DNA of 64,000 nucleotides from Lineus longissimus (Eukaryota): NCBI RefSeq assembly GCF_910592395.1, contig NC_088308.1, positions 1,674,001 to 1,738,000 of the forward strand, read 5' to 3'. Shown piece by piece: positions 52,401 to 64,000 of this stretch (position 1 is its first letter; each line of letters starts with the position of its first letter). The notes under the pieces were generated by a model. It saw only the letters and a program-made list of their open reading frames with translations, ran no database searches and was not told where the DNA came from. The position numbers and the translations under genes were made by a program.

Positions 52401-55400
52401 TTCTACAAATTTCTATGTCAATATTTCAGCATGTGGTGTGGGCTACAGATGGAAAAAAGGAAAATGCCGCTGTAAGTTGTGTACTAACCAAGAAATAAAG
52501 CACTTCAGATCAAAACAAACCTAACTGGAAATACAGACACCTGGCTGAAACTCTTGACTTTTCGAAATAAAGAATTGATAATGCGGGTGAGGTAACAACA
52601 AGAGCATGGTTGGTTTCCTAAAAGGGTACTACAGCACCTAAAGACCCTTTGGCCTAAACAGTTAGCTACATTTACTTTGCCAGTAGAAAAAAAGAAGTCT
52701 TGCTGACTGAACAAGCTCGACCTTATTTTCTGATTGTCTTTCACTTTGTAGTCTACAAATGCCCATCTGGTTATAAAAAAGTTCGGACTGGCATATTGAG
52801 ACGGAGGACAGTCTGCAGGAAAAAAGGTGCGTTTGATTTTATTTTTTCTCTTCGACGTATTTCGCAAGCTTCTTAGATTTACTTTACCTCCATTTTCATT
52901 TAGGAATGTTCAGAGAGGACTAAGGGCCGGGCCATGTCCACAGCCACTGTTATATTTCGTCTTTCCACTGCTGCTGTGTATCACCCACACATGTTATTAT
53001 AGTCTCAAGATTCTAGGATACAGTCGCAAGAAAATGTTATCTGTCGTGCTGAGAAGATAGTGAAAGAGAATTACAAGTTACTACCAGTTATCAAAGAATA
53101 TCTGACCGAGTCGATCACTATCGACATTGTTGTCAGAGTAAAGAGAAAGATTTAACTCAACATGCTTCTAGATATTTTTATGTCAATATTTCAGCATGTG
53201 GTGTAGGCTACAGATGGAAAAAGGGAAAATGCCGCTGTAAGTTGTGTACTAACCTAGAAATCAAACACCTCAGATCCAAAAAAAACCTAACTGGTAATGC
53301 AGCCACCTGGCCTAAACTCTTGACTTTTCGAAATGAAGAATTGATAATGCGGGTGAGGTAACAACAAGAGCATGTTTGGTTTCCTAAAAGGGTACTACAG
53401 CACCTAAAGACCCTTTGGCCTAAACAGTTAGCTACATTTACTTTGCCAGTAGAAAAAAAGAAGTCTTGCTGACTGAACAAGCTCGACCTTATTTTCTGAT
53501 TGTCTTTCACTTTGTAGTCTACAAATGCCCATCTGGTTATAAAAAAGTTCGGACTGGCATATGGAGACGGAGGACAATCTGCAGGAAAAAAGGTGCGTTT
53601 GATTTTATTTTTTCTCTTTGAATTTCTTCCCATGCTTCATAGATTCGTTTTACCTACATTTTCATTTAGTAAAAATGTTCTCTGGCCTGCTTAGAAGAAA
53701 GGGAAAGGGAATTGACAGTTACTACCAGTAATCAATGTATATCTGACCGAGTCGATCACTATCGACATTTGTTGTCAGAGTAAAGACAAATATTTAACGC
53801 AACATGCTTCAAGAAATTTCTATGTATATATTTCAGCATGTGGTGTGGGCTACAGACGAAAGAAAGGAAAATGCCGCTGTAAGTTTTGTACTAACCAAGA
53901 AATAAAGCACTTCAGATCAAAACAAACCTTACTGGAAATACAGACACCTGGCTGAAACGCTGGACTTTTCTAAATAAAGAATTGATCATGTGGGGGGAGG
54001 TAAAATACAACAAGGGCATGTTTGGTTTCCTTAAGAGGTATTATTTGCAGCCAACACCCATTTGGCCTTGGGTACATTTACTTTGCCAGTAAAAAAATGA
54101 GAAATCTTGCTGACTGAAGAAGCTGGACCTTATTTTCTGATTGTCTTTCACTTTGTAGTCTACAAATGCCCATCTGGTTATAAAAAAGTTCGGACTGGCA
54201 TATGGAGACGGAGGACAATCTGCAGGAAAAAAGGTGCGTTTGATTTTATTTTTTCTCTTTGAATTTCTTCCCATGCTTCATAGATTCGTTTTACCTACAT
54301 TTTCATTTAGTAAAAATGTTCTCTGGCCTGCTTAGAAGAAAGGGAAAGGGAATTGACAGTTACTACCAGTAATCAATGTATATCTGACCGAGTCGATCAC
54401 TATCGACATTTGTTGTCAGAGTAAAGACAAAGATTTAACTCAACAGGCTTCTACAAATTTCTATGTCAATATTTCAGCATGTGGTGTGGGCTACAGATGG
54501 AAAAAAGGAAAATGCCGCTGTAAGTTGTGTACTAACCAAGAAATAAAGCACTTCAGATCAAAACAAACCTAACTGGAAATACAGACACCTGGCTGAAACT
54601 CTTGACTTTTCGAAATAAAGAATTGATAATGCGGGTGAGGTAACAACAAGAGCATGGTTGGTTTCCTAAAAGGGTACTACAGCACCTAAAGACCCTTTGG
54701 CCTAAACAGTTAGCTACATTTACTTTGCCAGTAGAAAAAAAGAAGTCTTGCTGACTGAACAAGCTCGACCTTATTTTCTGATTGTCTTTCACTTTGTAGT
54801 CTACAAATGCCCATCTGGTTATAAAAAAGTTCGGACTGGCATATTGAGACGGAGAACAATCTGCAGGAAAAAAGGTGCGTTTGATTTTATTTTTTCTCTT
54901 TGAATTTCTTCCCATGCTTCATAGATTCGTTTTACCTACATTTTCATTTAGTAAAAATGTTCTCTGGCCTGCTTAGAAGAAAGGGAAAGGGAATTGACAG
55001 TTTCTACCAGTAATCAATGTATATCTGACCGAGTCGATCACTATCGACATTTGTTGTCAGAGTAAAGACAAAGATTTAACTCAACAGGCTTCTACAAATT
55101 TCTATGTCAATATTTCAGCATGTGGTGTGGGCTACAGATGGAAAAAAGGAAAATGCCGCTGTAAGTTGTGTACTAACCAAGAAATAAAGCACTTCAGATC
55201 AAAACAAACCTAACTGGAAATACAGACACCTGGCTGAAACTCTTGACTTTTCGAAATAAAGAATTGATAATGCGGGTGAGGTAACAACAAGAGCATGGTT
55301 GGTTTCCTAAAAGGGTACTACAGCACCTAAAGACCCTTTGGCCTAAACAGTTAGCTACATTTACTTTGCCAGTAGAAAAAAAGAAGTCTTGCTGACTGAA

Positions 55401-58400
55401 CAAGCTCGACCTTATTTTCTGATTGTCTTTCACTTTGTAGTCTACAAATGCCCATCTGGTTATAAAAAAGTTCGGACTGGCATATGGAGACGGAGGACAG
55501 TCTGCAGGAAAAAAGGTGCGTTTGATTTTATTTTTTCTCTTCGACGTATTTCGCAAGCTTCTTAGATTTACTTTACCTCCATTTTCATTTAGGAATGTTC
55601 AGAGAGGACTAAGGGCCGGGCCATGTCCACAGCCACTGTTATATTTCGTCTTTCCACTGCTGCTGTGTATCACCCACACATGTTATTATAGTCTCAAGAT
55701 TCTAGGATACAGTCGCAAGAAAATGTTATCTGTCGTGCTGAGAAGATAGTGAAAGAGAATTACAAGTTACTACCAGTTATCAAAGAATATCTGACCGAGT
55801 CGATCACTATCGACATTGTTGTCAGAGTAAAGAGAAAGATTTAACTCAACATGCTTCTAGATATTTTTATGTCAATATTTCAGCATGTGGTGTAGGCTAC
55901 AGATGGAAAAAGGGAAAATGCCGCTGTAAGTTGTGTACTAACCTAGAAATCAAACACCTCAGATCCAAAAAAAACCTAACTGGTAATGCAGCCACCTGGC
56001 CCAAACTCTTGACTTTTCGAAATAAAGAATTGATAATGCGGGTGAGGTAACAACAAGAGCATGTTTGGTTTCCTAAAAAGGTACTACAGCACCTAAAGAC
56101 CCTTTGGCCTAAACAGTTAGCTACATTTACTTTGCCAGTAGAAAAAAAGAAGTCTTGCTGACTGAAGAAGCTCGACCTTATTTTCTGATTGTCTTTCACT
56201 TTGTAGTCTACAAATGCCCATCTGGTTATAAAAAAGTTCGGACTGGCATATGGAGACGGAGGACAATCTGCAGGAAAAAAGGTGCGTTTGATTTTATTTT
56301 TTCTCTTTGAATTTCTTCCCATGCTTCATAGATTCGTTTTACCTACATTTTCATTTAGTAAAAATGTTCTCTGGCCTGCTTAGAAGAAAGGGAAAGGGAA
56401 TTGACAGTTACTACCAGTAATCAATGTATATCTGACCGAGTCGATCACTATCGACATTTGTTGTCAGAGTAAAGACAAATATTTAACGCAACATGCTTCA
56501 AGAAATTTCTATGTATATATTTCAGCATGTGGTGTGGGCTACAGACGAAAGAAAGGAAAATGCCGCTGTAAGTTTTGTACTAACCAAGAAATAAAGCACT
56601 TCAGATCAAAACAAACCTTACTGGAAATACAGACACCTGGCTGAAACGCTGGACTTTTCTAAATAAAGAATTGATCATGTGGGGGGAGGTAAAATACAAC
56701 AAGGGCATGTTTGGTTTCCTTAAGAGGTATTATTTGCAGCCAACACCCATTTGGCCTTGGGTACATTTACTTTGCCAGTAAAAAAATGAGAAATCTTGCT
56801 GACTGAAGAAGCTGGACCTTATTTTCTGATTGTCTTTCACTTTGTAGTCTACAAATGCCCATCTGGTTATAAAAAAGTTCGGACTGGCATATGGAGACGG
56901 AGGACAATCTGCAGGAAAAAAGGTGCGTTTGATTTTATTTTTTCTCTTTGAATTTCTTCCCATGCTTCATAGATTCGTTTTACCTACATTTTCATTTAGT
57001 AAAAATGTTCTCTGGCCTGCTTAGAAGAAAGGGAAAGGGAATTGACAGTTACTACCAGTAATCAATGTATATCTGACCGAGTCGATCACTATCGACATTT
57101 GTTGTCAGAGTAAAGACAAAGATTTAACTCAACAGGCTTCTACAAATTTCTATGTCAATATTTCAGCATGTGGTGTGGGCTACAGATGGAAAAAAGGAAA
57201 ATGCCGCTGTAAGTTGTGTACTAACCAAGAAATAAAGCACTTCAGATCAAAACAAACCTAACTGGAAATACAGACACCTGGCTGAAACTCTTGACTTTTC
57301 GAAATAAAGAATTGATAATGCGTGTGAGGTAACAACAAGAGCATGGTTGGTTTCCTAAAAGGGTACTACAGCACCTAAAGACCCTTTGGCCTAAACAGTT
57401 AGCTACATTTACTTTGCCAGTAGAAAAAAAGAAGTCTTGCTGACTGAACAAGCTCGACCTTATTTTCTGATTGTCTTTCACTTTGTAGTCTACAAATGCC
57501 CATCTGGTTATAAAAAAGTTCGGACTGGCATATTGAGACGGAGGACAGTCTGCAGGAAAAAAGGTGCGTTTGATTTTATTTTTTCTCTTCGACGTATTTC
57601 GCAAGCTTCTTAGATTTACTTTACCTCCATTTTCATTTAGGAATGTTCAGAGAGGACTAAGGGCCGGGCCATGTCCACAGCCACTGTTATATTTCGTCTT
57701 TCCACTGCTGCTGTGTATCACCCACACATGTTATTATAGTCTCAAGATTCTAGGATACAGTCGCAAGAAAATGTTATCTGTCGTGCTGAGAAGATAGTGA
57801 AAGAGAATTACAAGTTACTACCAGTTATCAAAGAATATCTGACCGAGTCGATCACTATCGACATTGTTGTCAGAGTAAAGAGAAAGATTTAACTCAACAT
57901 GCTTCTAGATATTTTTATGTCAATATTTCAGCATGTGGTGTAGGCTACAGATGGAAAAAGGGAAAATGCCGCTGTAAGTTGTGTACTAACCTAGAAATCA
58001 AACACCTCAGATCCAAAAAAAACCTAACTGGTAATGCAGCCACCTGGCCCAAACTCTTGACTTTTCGAAATAAAGAATTGATAATGCGGGTGAGGTAACA
58101 ACAAGAGCATGTTTGGTTTCCTAAAAAGGTACTACAGCACCTAAAGACCCTTTGGCCTAAACAGTTAGCTACATTTACTTTGCCAGTAGAAAAAAAGAAG
58201 TCTTGCTGACTGAAGAAGCTCGACCTTATTTTCTGATTGTCTTTCACTTTGTAGTCTACAAATGCCCATCTGGTTATAAAAAAGTTCGGACTGGCATATG
58301 GAGACGGAGGACAATCTGCAGGAAAAAAGGTGCGTTTGATTTTATTTTTTCTCTTTGAATTTCTTCCCATGCTTCATAGATTCGTTTTACCTACATTTTC

Positions 58401-61400
58401 ATTTAGTAAAAATGTTCTCTGGCCTGCTTAGAAGAAAGGGAAAGGGAATTGACAGTTACTACCAGTAATCAATGTATATCTGACCGAGTCGATCACTATC
58501 GACATTTGTTGTCAGAGTAAAGACAAATATTTAACGCAACATGCTTCAAGAAATTTCTATGTATATATTTCAGCATGTGGTGTGGGCTACAGACGAAAGA
58601 ATGGAAAATGCCGCTGTAAGTTTTGTACTAACCAAGAAATAAAGCACTTCAGATCAAAACAAACCTTACTGGAAATACAGACACCTGGCTGAAACGCTGG
58701 ACTTTTCTAAATAAAGAATTGATCATGTGGGGGGAGGTAAAATACAACAAGGGCATGTTTGGTTTCCTTAAGAGGTATTATTTGCAGCCAACACCCATTT
58801 GGCCTTGGGTACATTTACTTTGCCAGTAAAAAAATGAGAAATCTTGCTGACTGAAGAAGCTGGACCTTATTTTCTGATTGTCTTTCACTTTGTAGTCTAC
58901 AAATGCCCATCTGGTTATAAAAAAGTTCGGACTGGCATATGGAAACGGAGGACAATCTGCAGGAAAAAAGGTGCGTTTGATTTTATTTTTTCTCTTTGAA
59001 TTTCTTCCCATGCTTCATAGATTCGTTTTACCTACATTTTCATTTAGTAAAAATGTTCTCTGGCCTGCTTAGAAGAAAGGGAAAGGGAATTGACAGTTAC
59101 TACCAGTAATCAATGTATATCTGACCGAGTCGATCACTATCGACATTTGTTGTCAGAGTAAAGACAAAGATTTAACTCAACAGGCTTCTACAAATTTCTA
59201 TGTCAATATTTCAGCATGTGGTGTGGGCTACAGATGGAAAAAAGGAAAATGCCGCTGTAAGTTGTGTACTAACCAAGAAATAAAGCACTTCAGATCAAAA
59301 CAAACCTAACTGGAAATACAGACACCTGGCTGAAACTCTTGACTTTTCGAAATAAAGAATTGATAATGCGGGTGAGGTAACAACAAGAGCATGGTTGGTT
59401 TCCTAAAAGGGTACTACAGCACCTAAAGACCCTTTGGCCTAAACAGTTAGCTACATTTACTTTGCCAGTAGAAAAAAAGAAGTCTTGCTGACTGAACAAG
59501 CTCGACCTTATTTTCTGATTGTCTTTCACTTTGTAGTCTACAAATGCCCATCTGGTTATAAAAAAGTTCGGACTGGCATATTGAGACGGAGGACAGTCTG
59601 CAGGAAAAAAGGTGCGTTTGATTTTATTTTTTCTCTTCGACGTATTTCGCAAGCTTCTTAGATTTACTTTACCTCCATTTTCATTTAGGAATGTTCAGAG
59701 AGGACTAAGGGCCGGGCCATGTCCACAGCCACTGTTATATTTCGTCTTTCCACTGCTGCTGTGTATCACCCACACATGTTATTATAGTCTCAAGATTCTA
59801 GGATACAGTCGCAAGAAAATGTTATCTGTCGTGCTGAGAAGATAGTGAAAGAGAATTAAAAGTTACTACCAGTTATCAAAGAATATCTGACCGAGTCGAT
59901 CACTATCGACATTGTTGTCAGAGTAAAGAGAAAGATTTAACTCAACATGCTTCTAGATATTTTTATGTCAATATTTCAGCATGTGGTGTAGGCTACAGAT
60001 GGAAAAAGGGAAAATGCCGCTGTAAGTTGTGTACTAACCTAGAAATCAAACACCTCAGATCCAAAAAAAACCTGACTGGTAATGCAGCCACCTGGCCCAA
60101 ACTCTTGACTTTTCGAAATAAAGAATTGATAATGCGGGTGAGGTAACAACAAGAGCATGTTTGGTTTCCTAAAAGGGTACTACAGCACCTAAAGACCCTT
60201 TGGCCTAAACAGTTAGCTACATTTACTTTGCCAGTAGAAAAAAAGAAGTCTTGCTGACTGAACAAGCTCGACCTTATTTTCTGATTGTCTTTCACTTTGT
60301 AGTCTACAAATGCCCATCTGGTTATAAAAAAGTTCGGACTGGCATATTGAGACGGAGGACAGTCTGCAGGAAAAAAGGTGCGTTTGATTTTATTTTTTCT
60401 CTTCGACGTATTTCGCAAGCTTCTTAGATTTACTTTACCTCCATTTTCATTTAGGAATGTTCAGAGAGGACTAAGGGCCGGGCCATGTCCACAGCCACTG
60501 TTATATTTCGTCTTTCCACTGCTGCTTTGTATCACCCACACATGTTATTATCGTCTCAAGATTCTAGGATACAGTCGCAAGAAAATGTTATCTGTCGTGC
60601 TGAGAAGATAGTGAAAGAGAATTACAAGTTACTACCAGTTATCAAAGAATATCTGACCGAGTCGATCACTATCGACATTGTTGTCAGAGTAAAGAGAAAT
60701 ATTTAACTCAACATGCTTCTAGATATTTTTATGTCAATATTTCAGCATGTGGTGTAGGCTACAGATGGAAAAAGGGAAAATGCCGCTGTAAGTTGTGTAC
60801 TAACCTAGAAATCAAACACCTCAGATCCAAAAAAAACCTAAATGGTAATGCAGCCACCTGGCCCAAACTCTTGACTTTTCGAAATAAAGAATTGATAATG
60901 CGGGTGAGGTAACAACAAGAGCATGTTTGGTTTCCTAAAAGGGTACTACAGCACCTAAAGACCCTTTGGCCTAAACAGTTAGCTACATTTACTTTGCCAG
61001 TAGAAAAAAAGAAGTCTTGCTGACTGAAAAAGCTCGACCTTATTTTCTGATTGTCTTTCACTTTGTAGTCTACAAATGCCCATCTGGTTATAAAAAAGTT
61101 CGGACTGGCATATGGAGACGGAGGACAATCTGCAGGAAAAAAGGTGCGTTTGATTTTATTTTTTCTCTTTGAATTTCTTCCCATGCTTCATAGATTCGTT
61201 TTACCTACATTTTCATTTAGTAAAAATGTTCTCTGGCCTGCTTAGAAGAAAGGGAAAGGGAATTGACAGTTACTACCAGTAATCAATGTATATCTGACCG
61301 AGTCGATCACTATCGACATTTGTTGTCAGAGTAAAGACAAAGTTTTAACTCAACAGGCTTCTACAAATTTCTATGTCAATATTTCAGCATGTGGTGTGGG

Positions 61401-63957
61401 CTACAGACGGAAAAAAGGAAAATGCCGCTGTAAGTTGTGTACTAACCAAGAAATAAAGCACTTCAGATCAAAACAAACATAACTGGAAATACAGACACCT
61501 GGCTGAAACTCTTGACTTTTCGAAATAAAGAATTGATAATGCGGGTGAGGTAACAACAAGAGCATGGTTGGTTTCCTAAAAGGGTACTACAGCACCTAAA
61601 GACCCTTTGGCCTAAACAGTTAGCTACATTTACTTTGCCAGTAGAAAAAAAGAAGTCTTGCTGACTGAACAAGCTCGACCTTATTTTCTGATTGTCTTTC
61701 ACTTTGTAGTCTACAAATGCCCATCTGGTTATAAAAAAGTTCGGACTGGCATATTGAGACGGAGGACAATCTGCAGGAAAAAAGGTGCGTTTGATTTTAT
61801 TTTTTCTCTTCGACGTATTTCGCAAGCTTCTTAGATTTACTTTACCTCCATTTTCATTTAGGAATGTTCAGAGAGGACTAAGGGCCGGGCCATGTCCACA
61901 ACCACTGTTATATTTCGTCTTTCCACTGCTGCTGTGTATCACCCACACATGTTATTATAGTCTCAAGATTCTAGGATACAGTCGCAAGAAAATGTTATCT
62001 GTCGTGCTGAGAAGATAGTGAAAGAGAATTACAAGTTACTACCAGTTATCAAAGAATATCTGACCGAGTCGATCACTATCGACATTGTTGTCAAAGTAAA
62101 GAGAAATATTTAACTCAACATGCTTCTAGATATTTTTATGTCAATATTTCAGCATGTGGTGTAGGCTTCAGATGGAAAAAGGGAAAATGCCGCTGTAAGT
62201 TGTGTACTAACCTAGAAATCAAACACCTCAGATCCAAAAAAAACCTAACTGGTAATGCAGCCACCTGGCCCAAACTCTTGACTTTTCGAAATAAAGAATT
62301 GATAATGCGGGTGAGGTAACAACAAGAGCATGTTTGGTTTCCTCAAAGGGTACTACAGCACCTAAAGACCCTTTGGCCTAAACAGTTAGCTACATTTACT
62401 TTGCCAGTAGAAAAAAAGAAGTCTTGCTGACTGAACAAGCTCGACCTTATTTTCTGATTGTCTTTCACTTTGTAGTCTACAAATGCCCATCTGGTTATAA
62501 AAAAGTTCGGACTGGCATATTGAGACGGAGGACAGTCTGCAGGAAAAAAGGTGCGTTTGATTTTATTTTTTCTCTTCGACGTATTTCGCAAGCTTCTTAG
62601 ATTTACTTTACCTCCATTTTCATTTAGGAATGTTCAGAGAGGACTAAGGGCCGGGCCATGTCCACAGCCACTGTTATATTTCGTCTTTCCACTGCTGCTG
62701 TGTATCACCCACACATGTTATTATAGTCTCAAGATTCTAGGATACAGTCGCAAGAAAATGTTATCTGTCGTGCTGAGAAGATAGTGAAAGAGAATTACAA
62801 GTTACTACCAGTTATCAAAGAATATCTGACCGAGTCGATCACTATCGACATTTGTTGTCAGAGTAAAGACAAAGATTTAACTCAACAGGCTTCTACAAAT
62901 TTCTATGTCAATATTTCAGCATGTGGTGTGGGCTACAGACGGAAAAAAGGAAAATGCCGCTGTAAGTTGTGTACTAACCAAGAAATAAAGCACTTCAGAT
63001 CAAAACAAACCTAACTGGAAATACAGACACCTGGCTGAAACTCTTGACTTTTCGAAATAAAGAATTGATAATGCGGGTGAGGTAACAACAAGAGCATGGT
63101 TGGTTTCCTAAAAGGGTACTACAGCACCTAAAGACCCTTTGGCCTAAACAGTTAGCTACATTTACTTTGCCAGTAGAAAAAAAGAAGTCTTGCTGACTGA
63201 ACAAGCTCGACCTTATTTTCTGATTGTCTTTCACTTTGTAGTCTACAAATGCCCATCTGGTTATAAAAAAGTTCGGACTGGCATATGGAGACGGAGGACA
63301 ATCTGCAGGAAAAAAGGTGCGTTTAATTTTATTTTTTCTCTTTGAATTTCTTCCCATGCTTCATAGATTCGTTTTACCTCCATTTTCATTTAGTAAAAAT
63401 ATTCTCTGGTCTGCTTAGAACAAAGTGAAAGGGAATTGACAGTTACTACCAGTAATCAATGTATATCTGACCGAGTCAATCACTATCGACATTGTTGTCA
63501 GAGTAAAGAGAAAGATTTAACTCAACATGCTTCTAGATATTTTTATGTCAATATTTCAGCATGTGGTGTAGGCTACAGATGGAAAAAGGGAAAATGCCGC
63601 TGTAAGTTGTATACTAATCTAGAAATCAAACACCTCTGATCCAAAAAAAACCTAACTGGTAATGCAGCCACCTGGCCCAAACTCTTGACTTTTCGAAATA
63701 AAGAATTGATAATGCGGGTGAGGTAACAACAAGAGCATGTTTGGTTTCCTAAAAGGGTCCTACAGCACCTAAAGTCCATTTGGCCTAAACAGTTAGCTAC
63801 ATTTACTTTGCCAGTAGAAAAAAAGAAGTCTTGCTGACTGAACAAGCTCGACCTTATTTTCTGATTGTCTTTCACTTTGTAGTCTACAAATGCCCATCTG
63901 GTTATAAAAAAGTTCGGACTGGCATATGGAGACGGAGGACAATCTGCAGGAAAAAAG
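28398..63957 (+). CDS. Giant secreted, highly basic, Cys-rich modular protein built from >=105 phase-1 exons (>=2,900 aa; continues past the window end)
   Basis: Unique exons 28398-28452, 28574-28621, 28979-29209, 29626-29643, 30260-30427, 30873-30935, 31206-31262, 31492-31548, 31827-31883, 32311-32367, 32632-32697; then 38 x 120 nt (33434-44781) and 28 x (42+75 nt) (44997-63957). All have AG/GT ends, internal exon lengths are multiples of 3, and I found no stop in the spliced frame (8,713 nt). Confidence 0.88.
28979..29209 (+). CDS. PAN/Apple-like domain exon of the giant gene
   Basis: ECAGNTIWTMRNVKLKICILYCGFNRRCKAVQYRKRQCTLKYRVC matches the PAN core C-x3-C-x5-C-x4-Y-x4-C-x-L-K; ttag| acceptor, G|gtaagt donor. 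Confidence 0.72.
29691..29885. repeat. (TAACC)39 microsatellite = (TTAGG)n on the minus strand, intronic
   Basis: 39 perfect pentamers followed by degenerate units (taatc, taaat, taact) to about 29920. Confidence 0.97.
30260..30427 (+). CDS. Exon encoding a beta-defensin-like 6-Cys module plus the first two-Cys hairpin module
   Basis: CRSRGGQCKGVNACKRRIPVKGVCPGRLVCC has the C-x3-GG-x-C...G-x-CP...CC layout; followed by ACSRGYVRRYNGSQWQC. Confidence 0.75.
30873..32697 (+). CDS. Six diverged 57-66-nt mini-exons, each one C-x2-G-[YF]-x8-[WL]-x-C module
   Basis: KCGSGYQHVFSSGRWKCVRRF, GCRKGFRRVFVLGKWKCVK, RCPRGFRRVFFNGVWRCIN, RCGRGYRLSYVREKWSCIR, RCGVGYRRTYFKGGWKCSK, KCSRGFNLLFVGGKLRCIKHPI; all AG..GT, phase 1-1. 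Confidence 0.9.
33434..44781 (+). repeat. Exon-intron tandem array A: 38 units of 284 or 332 bp, each with a 120-nt antistasin-like exon
   Basis: cttcag|..120 nt..AAACCTG|gtaagt in every unit; 22 type-A exons (VCRRKRCRSTRQICRYGRKKVYRNDRRGCRQCYRVCKSKP) and 16 type-B exons (GCKRKRCVLSKKICRYGRKTVYRNDRQGCRQCYRVCKSKP); introns 164 or 212 bp. Confidence 0.93.
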
Positions 63958-64000
63958 GTGCGTTTGATTTTATTTTTTCTCTTTGAATTTCTTCCCATGC
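44997..64000 (+). repeat. Exon-intron tandem array B: >=28 units of ~641 or ~766 bp, each with a 42-nt and a 75-nt exon
   Basis: tttcag|CATGTGGTGT..TGCCGCT|gtaagt (ACGVGYRWKKGKCR; first at 44997, last at 63560) and ttgtag|TCTACAAATGC..AAAAAAG|gtgcgt (FYKCPSGYKKVRTGIWRRRTICRKK; first 45322-45396, last 63883-63957). Confidence 0.92.

Noticed and set aside
45010..63998. Repeated 77-141-aa ORFs in array B (MGRNSKRK..., MRNTSKRK..., MRLILFF...)
   Set aside because: Lengths change with intronic indels and stops; no conserved protein features.
33434..64000. CRISPR array or non-coding satellite interpretation
   Set aside because: No unique spacers or cas genes, eukaryotic context, and every unit holds frame-preserving exons.

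Overview
Intron-rich animal (invertebrate-type) genomic DNA. Left half, all on the minus strand: the 5' five coding exons of an SLC6 Na+/Cl- transporter (6425-9666); three tandem paralogues of an unrecognised small two-TM protein with an Arg/His/Gly-rich N-terminus and Pro/Tyr-rich tail (12325-21885); and a PAP2/lipid-phosphate-phosphatase gene (23346-25756, first exon not located). The right 36 kb looks like satellite DNA and the ORF track misses its content. Spliced by hand it is one plus-strand gene for a very large, secreted, extremely basic, Cys-rich protein, starting at ATG 28398 and running off the window end. Order: signal peptide, PAN/Apple-like domain, beta-defensin-like 6-Cys module, seven C-x2-G-[YF]-x8-W-x-C modules, 38 tandem 120-nt exons (antistasin-like, two variants), then at least 28 pairs of 42-nt + 75-nt mini-exons. 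I count 105 coding exons and about 2,900 aa within the window, every intron phase 1. Exon structures are manual splice-site inferences without transcript data; domain names are motif-based judgements, not database hits.
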